NCBI GenBank assembly: GCA_965205425.1
Contig: CBDBGZ010000008.1
Location: forward strand, 32,001-96,000
Length of the DNA stretch: 64,000 nucleotides
Source of the DNA: Nitrosopumilus sp.
GTDB lineage: Archaea > Thermoproteota > Nitrososphaeria > Nitrososphaerales > Nitrosopumilaceae
Reading direction: 5' to 3'
The translations under genes and the position numbers were made by a program. Positions 45,362 through 56,271 of this stretch are shown piece after piece. Position 1 is the stretch's first letter, and each line of letters opens with the position of its first letter. The notes under the pieces were generated by a model. It saw only the letters and a list, made by a program, of their open reading frames with translations, was not told where the DNA came from and did no database searches.

Positions 45362-47017
45362 TTATTCAGACGGACCTAGTTGACTCTTGTGTTTTTCAAT
45401 ATCAGATTCTTCAACTCTTGCAAATAGTGGAGATGCTTCACCCAATACATGATTTGCAGAAATTCCTAATTCAGACATGTCATTCCAAGATTTTTTACTA
45501 ATTTCTCCGTCCAGACCTAATTGATTCCAGATTTTTTGTGAAGATTCAGGCATAAATGGAGATATTGCTAAAGATATTGCCCGAGCTGCGTTTACAGACA
45601 GATAAACACAATTTTCAGTGCCAGGACCTTTTTTCCAAGGTTCCTTATGTTGAAAATATTGGTTAAAGAAAGATGAGAATTTCACAATTTTCTTTAATGC
45701 TCGATCTAGATGATTTTGTTCCATAAGTGAACCTACATCTTGGGCAAGATTTTTGATTTTTTGTTCTGCTTCAGAATCTTTTTCGTCAAAAGAATTCGGT
45801 TCAGGAACTTTTCCATCAAATGCTTTTTTAGTAAATCCCAAAGCCCGATTGATAAAATTCCCAAGATTTCCTATTAATTCAGAATTAATTCTCGTAGTAA
45901 AATCATCCCAATCAAAATTCAAATCATCTTGAGAGTAAGGATTAATGGAGACAAGATAAAATCTAAGATAATCTGCAGGGTAATATTCTAGAAATTGTTT
46001 TAATCCAATATACCAATTTCTGCTTTTAGAAATTTTCTTTGCCTGTAATGTCAAGTGACCTCTAGTTGGAATGTAATTAGGCAATTTGTATTCAGAATCA
46101 ATACCTAATCTCATTGCAGGTAAGAAAAGATAATGATGGTATACAATATCTTTACCAATGAAATGGTAAATGTCAGCAGAATTCCAAAATTCTTTTCCAT
46201 CGATTCCCTTGTCATTTAGAAATTTCATTGCAGTGGAAATGTATGCAAGGTGATTATCAAACCAACCATAGAAAACTTTGTCTTTAGCGTCATCAAGAGG
46301 TACAGGAACGCCCCAAGGAATATCTCGTGTAATATCCCAATCAATTAATCCAGATTTAATCCAATTTTGAACATATTTTTTAACATCTTTCTGAAGGTTT
46401 GAATTCTCTTCCAACCATTTAGACAATGGTTCTGCAAAATTTTTAAGTTTGAAAAAATAGTGTTTTGTTTTTTCTTTAGTTGGAGGTTGGCCACACAAGG
46501 AACATTTTGAATCGGTTATTTCTTCAGGCACACGACCACAACTTTCACAAAGATCAGAGTATTGATCTTCAGCTTTACAATAAGGGCAAATACCTTTCAC
46601 ATATCTATCAGGCAAGAATTTTTTATCGTTATTACAATAAAATTGAATAATCTCTTTTTCATAAATATAGCCAGAATCATTTAGTTTTTTGAATACATCC
46701 TGAACAAATTCTATATTTTCAGAAGAGCTGGTTTTGTAAAAATAATCAAATGCAATGTTAAATGCTGAAAAATCATCATAGTCACGTTTATTCCAATGAG
46801 CAACATACTCAGCAGGGGTTTTTCCTTCTTTTTCAGATTGAATTAAAATTGGAGTTCCAAAATCATCTGAAGCGCATACATAGTATGCTTCCACACCATT
46901 TAGTTTTAAGAACCTAGTAGTTACATCAGCAGGAAGATACGTCGATGCAACATGTCCTAAATGAATTTCCCCGTTTGCGTAAGGTAGTGCACTTGTAATG
47001 ATAGCTTTTTTGTTCAT
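45362..47017 (-). CDS. metG: methionyl-tRNA synthetase
   Basis: ALPYANGEIHLGH, Zn knuckles, KISKS. Confidence 0.97.
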   Translation of the reverse strand: MNKKAIITSALPYANGEIHLGHVASTYLPADVTTRFLKLNGVEAYYVCASDDFGTPILIQSEKEGKTPAEYVAHWNKRDYDDFSAFNIAFDYFYKTSSSENIEFVQDVFKKLNDSGYIYEKEIIQFYCNNDKKFLPDRYVKGICPYCKAEDQYSDLCESCGRVPEEITDSKCSLCGQPPTKEKTKHYFFKLKNFAEPLSKWLEENSNLQKDVKKYVQNWIKSGLIDWDITRDIPWGVPVPLDDAKDKVFYGWFDNHLAYISTAMKFLNDKGIDGKEFWNSADIYHFIGKDIVYHHYLFLPAMRLGIDSEYKLPNYIPTRGHLTLQAKKISKSRNWYIGLKQFLEYYPADYLRFYLVSINPYSQDDLNFDWDDFTTRINSELIGNLGNFINRALGFTKKAFDGKVPEPNSFDEKDSEAEQKIKNLAQDVGSLMEQNHLDRALKKIVKFSSFFNQYFQHKEPWKKGPGTENCVYLSVNAARAISLAISPFMPESSQKIWNQLGLDGEISKKSWNDMSELGISANHVLGEASPLFARVEESDIEKHKSQLGPSE

Positions 47018-47054
47018 CAGATATTGTCAATGACTGGATCGAGGTTAAGAAGTT

Positions 47055-48296
47055 TTACCAGTTGTTTGCATATTTTACTTGTTCTGGAGTCAATTTGTCA
47101 ATTTTAACATCCATGGCCTTTAATGCATCAACTGCAATCTGCTGATCAATTTCTTTTGGAACGTCAATGATTTTATTTTCCATTTTTTTATGATTTTTAA
47201 GAATATACAACACGGAAAGGATTTGATTTGAAAATGATTGTGCCATAACTTCTGGTGGATGTCCTTCTGCTGCAACTAAATTTGCAAGACGTCCTTGTCC
47301 AATTAGATATACCTTTTTCCCATTTTTCAAAATACATTCATCAAGGTTTGGTCGAACTTTCTTTACAGATTTTGAAGATTTTAACAAGAATTTACTATCA
47401 ATTTCAACATCAAAATGACCAACATTTCCCATGATTGCGCCATCTTTCATTTTTAAAATGTGTTCTTTGCGAATTACACTAGTCATTCCAGTACAAGTGA
47501 TGAACATATCACCAATCTTTGCTGCTTGTGCCATTGGCATTACTTCAAATCCATCCATATGAGCTTCAAGAGCTTTTACTGGATCTATTTCAGTTACAAT
47601 TACTTTAGAACCCATTCCATTGCATCTGGATGCAACACCACGACCTACCCAACCATATCCAACAACTACAACACGTTTTGATGCCATGAGAAGATTCATT
47701 GCTCGAAGATAACCATCGATGGTACTTTGTCCAGTACCATATCTATTATCAAACATATGTTTAGTGTATGCTTCATTAACTAAAATTACAGGATACCTAA
47801 GTTTACCTTGATTTTCTACGGCTCTAATTCTAGTAACACCAGCTGTTGTTTCTTCAGTGGCACCAAGAATTTCCATGTCTTTGAATCGTTTATCAAAATG
47901 AGCTTTGATATTCATATCAGCACCATCATCAGTCAAAATAGTAGGTTTGTGTTTTAGTACTTGATCAATACACCAATCATAGTCTTTGACAGATTGTCCA
48001 TGCCAAGAGTAAACATTAATCCCTCGAGATGCCAAAAATGCTGCAATGTTATCCTGAGTTGTTAATGGGTTTCCACCACAACATGCTACTTTAGCTCCAA
48101 GTTCCTTAGCACCCATCAATAACACAGATGTCTCTTTAGTGATGTGAAGACAAAATCCAAGAGTTATTCCCTTTAGAGGTTTTGATTTTTTATATCGATT
48201 AATTGTATTATCTAAAATTTGCATATGAGATCTAGCCCATTCATAAGATAGTTTGCCTTCTTTGATCAATTTAGGACTAGATTTTACTTTACTCAA
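47055..48296 (-). CDS. ahcY: S-adenosylhomocysteine hydrolase
   Basis: GCxH-type CLHITKET, DDGAD, EETTAG, FDNRYGTGQS, GYGWVG, GHFD. Confidence 0.97.
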   Translation of the reverse strand: MSKVKSSPKLIKEGKLSYEWARSHMQILDNTINRYKKSKPLKGITLGFCLHITKETSVLLMGAKELGAKVACCGGNPLTTQDNIAAFLASRGINVYSWHGQSVKDYDWCIDQVLKHKPTILTDDGADMNIKAHFDKRFKDMEILGATEETTAGVTRIRAVENQGKLRYPVILVNEAYTKHMFDNRYGTGQSTIDGYLRAMNLLMASKRVVVVGYGWVGRGVASRCNGMGSKVIVTEIDPVKALEAHMDGFEVMPMAQAAKIGDMFITCTGMTSVIRKEHILKMKDGAIMGNVGHFDVEIDSKFLLKSSKSVKKVRPNLDECILKNGKKVYLIGQGRLANLVAAEGHPPEVMAQSFSNQILSVLYILKNHKKMENKIIDVPKEIDQQIAVDALKAMDVKIDKLTPEQVKYANNW

Positions 48297-48371
48297 TAAA
48301 CTGAGCCAATTTTTAGACTATAAAATTCTATCATGCGAATGTAAATAAATGACAAAGATATCACAAAAATA

Positions 48372-48674
48372 TTGACTTGGAAGAAAATTGCAGATAAAGG
48401 AGCCGTTGCAGCAGGCAAAGGTAAAGCTTTCAAAGTAGATGGCAAACAAATAGCAATTTTTAATCAAGATGGATATCATGCAATGGATGATCTATGTGTT
48501 CATCAAGATGGATCAATTGCACCAGGTAAACTTGAAGGTGACATAGTAGAATGTCCACTACATTTTTGGCACTATAATATCAAAACAGGTGAACTAACAG
48601 ATTATTTAAAAGAAGTAAAACTAGAGACATACCCAGTTGAAGCCAGAGATGATGGCATCTATATCGATATTTAA
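48372..48674 (+). CDS. Rieske [2Fe-2S] ferredoxin
   Basis: CVH...CPLH. Confidence 0.9.
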   Translation: MTWKKIADKGAVAAGKGKAFKVDGKQIAIFNQDGYHAMDDLCVHQDGSIAPGKLEGDIVECPLHFWHYNIKTGELTDYLKEVKLETYPVEARDDGIYIDI

Positions 48675-48840
48675 TTTCATTAAATATTACAACAAAAATT
48701 AAATTTTTAATTATTATAAAATGCAAAGAGAGGGCAAAGTTCCCTCCCTTGCTAGGTATGGGTTATGTTGGACACAGATTTTTCTGTGATTTTGTTAGAC
48801 CAAATTAGTATAAGGAATAATGTGTGTTCAAAATAGGATT

Positions 48841-49882
48841 TATCTTTTCCGGAAATTATTTCACCCCTTAACTAGGAGAGCATCATTCCCATACTATCGT
48901 ATGCGTGGGTATCGTGGCATACCTATGGTAAAGTTAGATGAGAATAAGATCAGGTGGATTATACAATCTAAAAATGAAAAAGTCAAGAATTTAGATATTT
49001 CAGTAATCCTCAAGATAACGCCTAGAAGAGTACAACAAGTCTACTCTCAGTACAAAAAAACCAAAAAGATTCCCACACTCAAAAGGCCAGGGCGTCCAAA
49101 AAAGCCAGTCACTGTACACGAGATAGAGCTAGTCAAACAAGTTCAAGAAAAATTTCATACAAACGCACTATACCTTGAGAAAATCATATCAAAATTGTAC
49201 AATACCAAGATAAACCACAATCGCATCCACAAGATTATGCTAGATGAAGGATTATCAGTTGAGCAACCACGGAAAAAGATGAGAAGAAAGTGGATCAGGT
49301 ATGAACGTGAATATTCAAATTCACTGTGGCATACTGACTGGCACACAATACATGATTCACGCTGGGCAGGAAAACAACTAATTGCATTTGAAGATGATGC
49401 CTCACGATTTATCACGGGTTTCGGAGGGTATGATGAGGCAACATCTGTGAATTCTTCTGAAGTACTATCTGATGCAATAAAGAATCACGGTAGACCAGCA
49501 TCCGTACTATCTGATAATGGAAAACAGTTCACATCAAATGTCAATACTCTTGATCATAACAAGCCAGTAGACTTTGAGCAGCAACTAATGAGACATCACG
49601 TAAAGCACTCTCGTACAAGAGTGAGACATCCACAAACAAATGGTAAGCTAGAAAAGTTCTGGGATATCTTTGAGTGTAAAATAGAATACTTTGAGTCAGT
49701 GGAGCAGTTTATGCATTGGTACAATCACATTAGAGTTCATGGCGCACTAGACTTGGATAATATGGAGACACCATCTGATGCGTATCACTCTAAGATGATA
49801 ACAAACGAAATACTCATAGACCCAAGCATTCTATGGAGGAATTACTCATGAAAGTGACACGAAATAATTTCTGGAAAGAACA
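48841..49882 (+). mobile_element. IS481-family element, near-identical to 12271-13312, 15-bp TSD
   Basis: TSD GTTCAAAATAGGATT at 48826-48840 and 49883-49897. Confidence 0.92.
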
Positions 49883-49941
49883 GTTCAAAATAGGATTATC
49901 AAACTTTAATTATGACATGTATTTGTTTTCGTGACTAAAAT

Positions 49942-50748
49942 CTATCTTCTCTTCAAATAACTTGATAATATGACATCTGCCATCTTTGAAACTTCTACAT
50001 CTTTCTTCATAGCCAAACTATGTAACTTCCTGGCATTTCCTTTGGTTAATTGTATTGTAACCTTTTGTTGCAACAACCCTGCCTTTGCCTTTTTTAGTAA
50101 TTTTAGATGTGACGATTTTGGAGATCTACTTAAAGCCTTGAGGTATTCCTTTCGTAGTTTCTGATCTAGCGGAATAATTTTCTCTGCAATGGATACAGCC
50201 TTTGGAACATTTGATACAATTTGATATAATCTAGTACAATCATCTCTAGATAACTCCTTTGGAACAAATTGTTTCAATTTCTCAGGAACTGCTGCAAATC
50301 CCAGATATTTTTTCAAGGTCTGAGATGAAATCCCTAATGACTTTGCAGATTTACTTTTGCCTATAGATTCACTCAAGAACACACAAGCTGCTGTCATATC
50401 TTTTGTGTTCATTTTATTTCTATGTAGATTCTCTACAACTGATGCTGCTTTTGCATCCTCTAAATCATATTTGGTACTATTTGTTAACAGTAATACGGGT
50501 ATCTTTTTTGCACCTAGTCTTTTCAGTGCTACAAGCCTTCTCTGGCCCGACATTAACAGATAAGAATTCTTTCCATCTTTTTGGACCATTGGAGGATTTT
50601 GTAATCCGTCATTTTTTATCGATTTTGCTAGCTCTGCTATTCCCTCGCGGTCTAGTTTTCTTGCTTGGGCATCACGCCACACCTTGATATGTTTTACAGG
50701 AATTTCACGTAAACGATAGGATATTGGTGAATAGTAACGTTTTGCCAC
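49942..50748 (-). CDS. ParB/Srx N-terminal domain protein with HTH and an RHH-like tail
   Basis: LAKSIKNDGLQNPP...SGQRRLVA...ENLHR. Confidence 0.85.
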   Translation of the reverse strand: MAKRYYSPISYRLREIPVKHIKVWRDAQARKLDREGIAELAKSIKNDGLQNPPMVQKDGKNSYLLMSGQRRLVALKRLGAKKIPVLLLTNSTKYDLEDAKAASVVENLHRNKMNTKDMTAACVFLSESIGKSKSAKSLGISSQTLKKYLGFAAVPEKLKQFVPKELSRDDCTRLYQIVSNVPKAVSIAEKIIPLDQKLRKEYLKALSRSPKSSHLKLLKKAKAGLLQQKVTIQLTKGNARKLHSLAMKKDVEVSKMADVILSSYLKRR

Positions 50749-50849
50749 TGATACCTTGGAATGTTTTATTTTGTTAAAAAGAGAAGGTGATATTTTATTG
50801 ACAAAGAAGAAAATTCTAGAACCATATTTTCTATGTATATTGTTACATT

Positions 50850-51767
50850 CTAAAACAAATCAACATTTTCTCTCAGACTCTTGCATCTATTTCTCACGGT
50901 AACCTCAGTAACACCTGATGCATCTGAGATGTTTCTCTGGGTGACGTTTTCACCTGTTTTGATGCATGCCAGGTATAGTGCAGCAGCTGTTATTCCCATT
51001 GGGTCTTTTCCTGTTGACTCGTTTGTCTCTTGGGCATTTTTTAGCATGGCAATTGCAATTCTCTTTGTCTTTTCTGTGAGATTTATCTTGCTTGCAATCC
51101 TTGATATGCATAATACTGGATCAACTACAGGCATTTTGAGTTCCAGTTCTCTATGTAGTATTCTATAACATCTTGCAATGTCCTTTCTTTTCAGATTTGA
51201 TTGTGTCGCTATATCATTTAACGTTCTAGGGGTTTCAGTATCTCGGCATGCAGCGTATAATGATGCTGCAATTAGTGCTGAAATGGAACGTCCACGGACC
51301 AGTTTCTTCTCAAGTGCCTTTCTGTAAATGTATGCGGCCTTTTCATTAACTGATGGTGACAATGATAGTTTGTCTTTAAGATTGTCAAGCTCCATTAATG
51401 CCTGTCTCAAATTACGGTCTGCAGAATCCTTTGCCTTGCTTCTGTTATCCCATGTGCGTAATCGCTCAAAGGTGCTTTTCATGGTACCAGATAGTGGGTT
51501 TCCTGATGCGTCTTTATTTGCAGCACCAATATTTGTTGCAAGTCCCCTGTCATGCATGGTCAGTGATGTCGGGGCACCGGTTCTTGCCGAATTGACTCCA
51601 TTATCATTGTTAAATGAGCGCCATTCAGGACCTGTTTCCTGTATCATTTCAGGTATGACGTATCCGCACTTTCCACAGAATCTCTCTCCGGTATTATCAT
51701 CAGTTAGAATGGAATTTTTTCCACAGCGTTTGCAGGTATCTGTAGAATTTATTTTTGATGGCACCAT
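50850..51767 (-). CDS. tfb: transcription initiation factor IIB paralog
   Basis: Zn ribbon, GPEWRSF, RTGAP, cyclin repeats. Confidence 0.95.
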   Translation of the reverse strand: MVPSKINSTDTCKRCGKNSILTDDNTGERFCGKCGYVIPEMIQETGPEWRSFNNDNGVNSARTGAPTSLTMHDRGLATNIGAANKDASGNPLSGTMKSTFERLRTWDNRSKAKDSADRNLRQALMELDNLKDKLSLSPSVNEKAAYIYRKALEKKLVRGRSISALIAASLYAACRDTETPRTLNDIATQSNLKRKDIARCYRILHRELELKMPVVDPVLCISRIASKINLTEKTKRIAIAMLKNAQETNESTGKDPMGITAAALYLACIKTGENVTQRNISDASGVTEVTVRNRCKSLRENVDLF

Positions 51768-51984
51768 GATAATATAAAACTTGAAATGTATTAGGGTAAT
51801 AATCTAATTGATCACACAGAATTAATCAAACAAAAAAGACAAGATAAAATTATTAACGGTACTATCAGAACTTTAATTCTTGAATTCAGATGTTGATTAT
51901 GGTACTATGGCAACTGACTTACTAAATACAGGAATGGGTGATGTGGGCAGACTGCAATTTATCCAAGAATGTCTACAAAATAAC

Positions 51985-52104
51985 TACACTGTTCAATCTC
52001 CGGAGCTTTTCAACAGGGTGTTAAATTAGAGACTTTTTGTGTGAAGTTAGGTGCTTTTCATATTGAAAAAATAACTGGAATTTTTAATTATTATTTTTGT
52101 AAAT
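51985..52104 (+). mobile_element. solo IS/MITE end (TACACTGTT family)
   Basis: About 120 bp similar to the reverse complement of 13451-13572. Confidence 0.65.
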
Positions 52105-52400
52105 CTTGGAATCTTCTTTAAGTAAATCCTCTAGCATATCTATTAGTTGAGGCGTATTCCACATACCTCCAACAGATTCAACTTTGAGAAATTCTATTGT
52201 TTCCTTTAGTCTTTTGACTATTTCTTGATCTGATACTTCTATACCTAACATGACTATTCATTGAATAAAATTATGGTAATGGTTCATGCCCTCTTTTATA
52301 TCCTGAAAATTTACGATACTCGTAATCAGTTAGTGGTGTTTGACATCCACATTTACAAAATGTTTTCATGATTTTGATGAATTTTACACATACAAAAAGT

Positions 52401-53750
52401 TTAGGAAACTAGCTTGATCCAATAACTGTCTTTTCCATTAGATAACCATGCAAATCCATATAGTCTCAATATATCATTAATCTCTCGCCAGATGTGTTTA
52501 TCGATCCAACATTTAGGAATTATCCTGATACAATCACCTTCATTTACAATAGTTACTTTCTTGATTCGTTTCCCTAGATTATTTACAAAATTTGGTTTGC
52601 TTCCAGCTTGTTTGATTAAATCTAAATATTTGTCATTGCCCAGATTCAAGTCAATATTTGCAGCTTGAGCTGGCGTTTTACCTTTTAATCCTTGATGTGG
52701 TTTTACAAAATTATGATTAATCTTTAACAGTTCTACAAAGTCTTGAGCAGAATCATCGTTACCTAGTCCACGTCTAGTTTTAGTATTTTCCCTAATTTCA
52801 TTGTGGTATCTTTCGATAGGTCTATTCACAAATCCATCTTTGAGAGATTTGGTTCTCACATGTGCAGTTCTATTTTCAAACTCTTTTCTGATTGCTTCTT
52901 GGTATGAGTTTAGAGAATCAGTTAGAACATAATTTGGGTTTTTTGAGATTGATTTTTTACCCCTTGCAATAATCTTTCTTGCATCTGAAATTTCCCTCTT
53001 TTTGGAAACTTCTGTAGCAATTAGAAATCTAGTTTTTGGGTCAATGATACTCCATAACCAGTCATGAAATCCTTTACCTGTTTTCTTTGTATTTTTAACA
53101 TTAAGATACATTTCATCAAGTGACCACACATCACCTAATTCAGGATAAAATGATTCCACATATTCTTTAATCATGTAAGTGTATTTCTTTATCCAGTTAT
53201 TTACAGATACATGACTAATTTTAATTTCATGTGTAGAGTAAACATGTCTTGCAATATTTCTGTATGAAACACCCGACATAACCAAGTTAAGGCATTCAGA
53301 GATTATTTTTGGATCAGATGAAACTTTGGAAAATCCGTTCTCACCCAAAATGAATTTACGATTACATTGTTTACAACCATATTTTTGTCTCTTTGTACCA
53401 TTCTTTAATTTCCTAAATCCACGTTTAATTATTGTAGTAGAACTACATTTTGGACAAACTTGAGGTTGTTCTGTTTTCTCTATTTTATTTTCTATGTTTA
53501 TTGTATCTTGAAGTAACAAACAAGCTCGAATATGTTTGCAATGCTTATCATCCATTTTTCTCAATCTATAATGAAAATCTTTACACTCACAAGTCCATAC
53601 ATCAACTTTGGACAATTTTTTGATGTTATATTTTTTATCTGAATTTTGTGAATTTACAACATAGTGATTATTTGTAATTTTTCTAATTGAGTTTGTCTTT
53701 GAGAAAATTTGTGTTGCTTTTTGTTTTCTTTTATTGTTTGTAGACATCAC
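52401..53750 (-). CDS. SWIM-finger + Zn-ribbon + IS6-like DDE transposase/integrase
   Basis: CECKDF...CKH (SWIM), CPKC...CKQC, WSLDEM, LTDSL, NRPIERYH, HNFVKPH..L.GKTPA. Confidence 0.85.
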   Translation of the reverse strand: MMSTNNKRKQKATQIFSKTNSIRKITNNHYVVNSQNSDKKYNIKKLSKVDVWTCECKDFHYRLRKMDDKHCKHIRACLLLQDTINIENKIEKTEQPQVCPKCSSTTIIKRGFRKLKNGTKRQKYGCKQCNRKFILGENGFSKVSSDPKIISECLNLVMSGVSYRNIARHVYSTHEIKISHVSVNNWIKKYTYMIKEYVESFYPELGDVWSLDEMYLNVKNTKKTGKGFHDWLWSIIDPKTRFLIATEVSKKREISDARKIIARGKKSISKNPNYVLTDSLNSYQEAIRKEFENRTAHVRTKSLKDGFVNRPIERYHNEIRENTKTRRGLGNDDSAQDFVELLKINHNFVKPHQGLKGKTPAQAANIDLNLGNDKYLDLIKQAGSKPNFVNNLGKRIKKVTIVNEGDCIRIIPKCWIDKHIWREINDILRLYGFAWLSNGKDSYWIKLVS

Positions 53751-53843
53751 TATTAGTGGACTCTAATAGTGTATATAAATTTTAATATTTTAAGTGATCA
53801 CTTTTAGTGAATGTTTTTATAGAAGTGGTGATCACCTTTAGTG

Positions 53844-53981
53844 ATGCCAACGGTTACACGCAAGGTTTGGAAATGTTGTAGATGTGATCATGAATGGTTG
53901 TCTAGAGATGGAGAAAAACCATTACGTTGTGCAAAGTGCAAAAGTGTCTACTGGGATCGTAACCCAAAAAAATCAAAGTGA
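53844..53981 (+). CDS. 45-aa zinc-ribbon protein (not in the ORF track)
   Basis: MPTVTRKVWKCCRCDHEWLSRDGEKPLRCAKCKSVYWDRNPKKSK; divergent from the DDE gene. Confidence 0.7.
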   Translation: MPTVTRKVWKCCRCDHEWLSRDGEKPLRCAKCKSVYWDRNPKKSK

Positions 53982-53987
53982 TGATTC

Positions 53988-54100
53988 ATGGCAGTTAACG
54001 GAAAAATCGATTATAAAAAATGGAGTAAACCAGAACTTGTTAAAGAAATTCAAAAACTGAACAAGAGAAAAAAATATGGTCTAATTTGGGATGAGGAAAG
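53988..54100 (+). pseudogene. N-terminal stub resembling a type III R-M Mod/adenine methyltransferase, cut by a MITE
   Basis: MAVNGKIDYKKWSKPELVKEIQKLNKRKKYGLIWDEER; KKYGL(I/V)W is a typical Mod N-terminal motif. Confidence 0.5.
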
Positions 54101-54269
54101 GGTTCTGGTGCATTCTAGTGATCTGACACATAAATCATGAAATATGGATCTTCTCTGAATTGGATTTCCTCAAATTGTCTGATTTCTACTTGAATAATTT
54201 GTAATAATCAGACTCAAAAAACTCTGCTGGTGGATTTTGATGATCTGATCACCATTTTGCACCAGAACC
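54101..54269. mobile_element. 169-bp MITE with IS6-like termini
   Basis: GGTTCTGGTGCA...TGCACCAGAACC; no coding capacity. Confidence 0.75.
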
Positions 54270-56271
54270 TTTGATGGCGAGCTTTATGGATATGATCAAA
54301 ATATACATATCAGACAACCAGCTACTATACAATACAGTTTTTTGTTCAGTCCAGATCATTATGAAATGAACGAAGATGATCTTGTTGATAGAGATAGTCT
54401 TAATGATATAATCTCAATTCCCTCTAAAGGCGCAAGTGGTACTAGTGGTGATACCATTGAGGATACCATTGATTATAGAGAATGGCTCCCAACATGGGTT
54501 GCACCAGGATACTATCTAAAATGGGTAGACATTAGGCAACCCAAGGATCAATATTCTCTTGGTCATGAAGGTGAGGGAAGAATACAATTTACCTTTATTC
54601 CAAAGGGTACGGACCTACCTGATGGTATAACCCACAAGGAATTCACAGATACCAGTTATTATCTAGTCACAGCGAAGATATATGAGGATACGCCAAAGCC
54701 GGAGTATATGTATACAGCCAGTGAGAAAGCTGAAGTAACTGACAACGGCACAACCACTGATCTTATTTTTGAAGACAGGTGGGATGGATACATAGAGCAT
54801 TCACATGCAAACAGATCTGATCCTGCAAAACATAGTGTAAAGTATATTACTCCTTATCTCATTATTGCTTCTGGTGGAACTGCATTAACCATCAGTAGAT
54901 GGGAAAGTACATCAAATTACACATTCTAGAAAATAATTATTTTTGTTATTTCTAAAGTAATGAATAATTATCTTTACAAAGAAATATTTGAGAATTTCAA
55001 TTGATATTATTGGTTTGTGATTTTGTACATTAGTTTCTTCTGAGATAATCAAATTAGCAATTATCCATGCATTGTACAAAATCAATGAATAGTAAAAATA
55101 CAACAATCTTATGGATTGGTTTGAACTGGTGGTTTTTGGTCTGAACCTTCCCACACATGCATATCCTGTTTCAATTCCCCAACGTTTCTTGTAATCAGTT
55201 GGAATGTTTTGTATGTTATATGATATTTCTTTTGGTGAAACGTTTGTTGCAAACACAACATACTGATCAATAATATTTGATTTTTTTCTTGCATTTTTGT
55301 TTGGTAGAATAACTAGATTAAATGATTCTACATGTCCTGATGATGATTTTATTGTGTATGGCGAGATTGACTTTCTATCTCCATTAACGTATTGTAAAAT
55401 GGCATCTTTGATTCGAGAATTCTTTTTTGCAGGCATTAGAAATTTTAAATTCTTTTGTTTTATTTCTGAAATTGTTCCAGCTGTGAAAAACTCCCTATCC
55501 ACTAGCAATAGTTTAATCTTGATTCCATTATTGATGCCATCAGAGAGTAATTTACGCACAAAACCGGCATTTGATATGTTGTCATACAAAGGATAACAAC
55601 CTAGTTGAGCCCTGATTCTTTTTTCAACGCACTGCATGGTGCAGTAACTCTCAAAATGAGTAGTACTGTTTTTTGATTTTGATTTTATTAAAGAATGGTT
55701 TGGCAATTTGTCATATCTTGGGATTAGATGTTTGTCAATTGCCACAGTAACTGGTTGCTCCAATACTCCCAATTCTTGTAATTTTGATACTGTACTATCC
55801 AGTGAACGATGTAATTGAATTTGCATTGTTTTTTGTGATATTTTTGATATGATTTTTCTCAACCATGAACCAGTTGGAGAATGATTCTGGGATTCCATTG
55901 CCAGTCTCTTTAATCCAGATTCAGAATATGAATTTCCCAAACACAATGACATGATAGAATTATGTGCGTCTGCATTGTGGAACCGTGAGTTATTTTTACT
56001 AGAGCATGGAAACAACAAGATATTGTACATTATTTTAGTGATAATCTCAAATGCTTTAGATAGTATCACGCCTTGGTGTGTCATGGTATCAAATGAAGTA
56101 CAATGCATATTTGATGGAGTGACATACTTTCATCAAGCTTTTTCTATCTGAATAGATTGATTGAATAATTGATAGTTTTTGATCTAAATTGAGTTACTTT
56201 CCCATCTACTGACCATGCAAGAACATGAAAATATTGTTATAGAGTTATTTGAAAGATATGACAGCAGATGA
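54270..56271 (+). pseudogene. acidic hypothetical gene, 5' end lost and interrupted by ISH3 near its 3' end
   Basis: Removing the IS and one ACCAT restores ...GGTALT-MQEHENIVIELFERYDSR*, whose TGA overlaps the ATG of 56268. Confidence 0.7.
54893..56211 (-). mobile_element. ISH3-like element, intact, 5-bp TSD ACCAT
   Basis: Protein identical to the 18403 copy; ACCAT at 54888-54892 and 56212-56216. Confidence 0.93.

Noticed and set aside
48725..48800. Short hairpins downstream of the Rieske gene as a riboswitch or sRNA
   Set aside because: The stems are short and match no family I can recognise.
52401..53750. Casposon or TnpB/IscB RNA-guided nuclease
   Set aside because: There are no Cas1, PolB or RuvC/TnpB motifs; the protein is a DDE enzyme.
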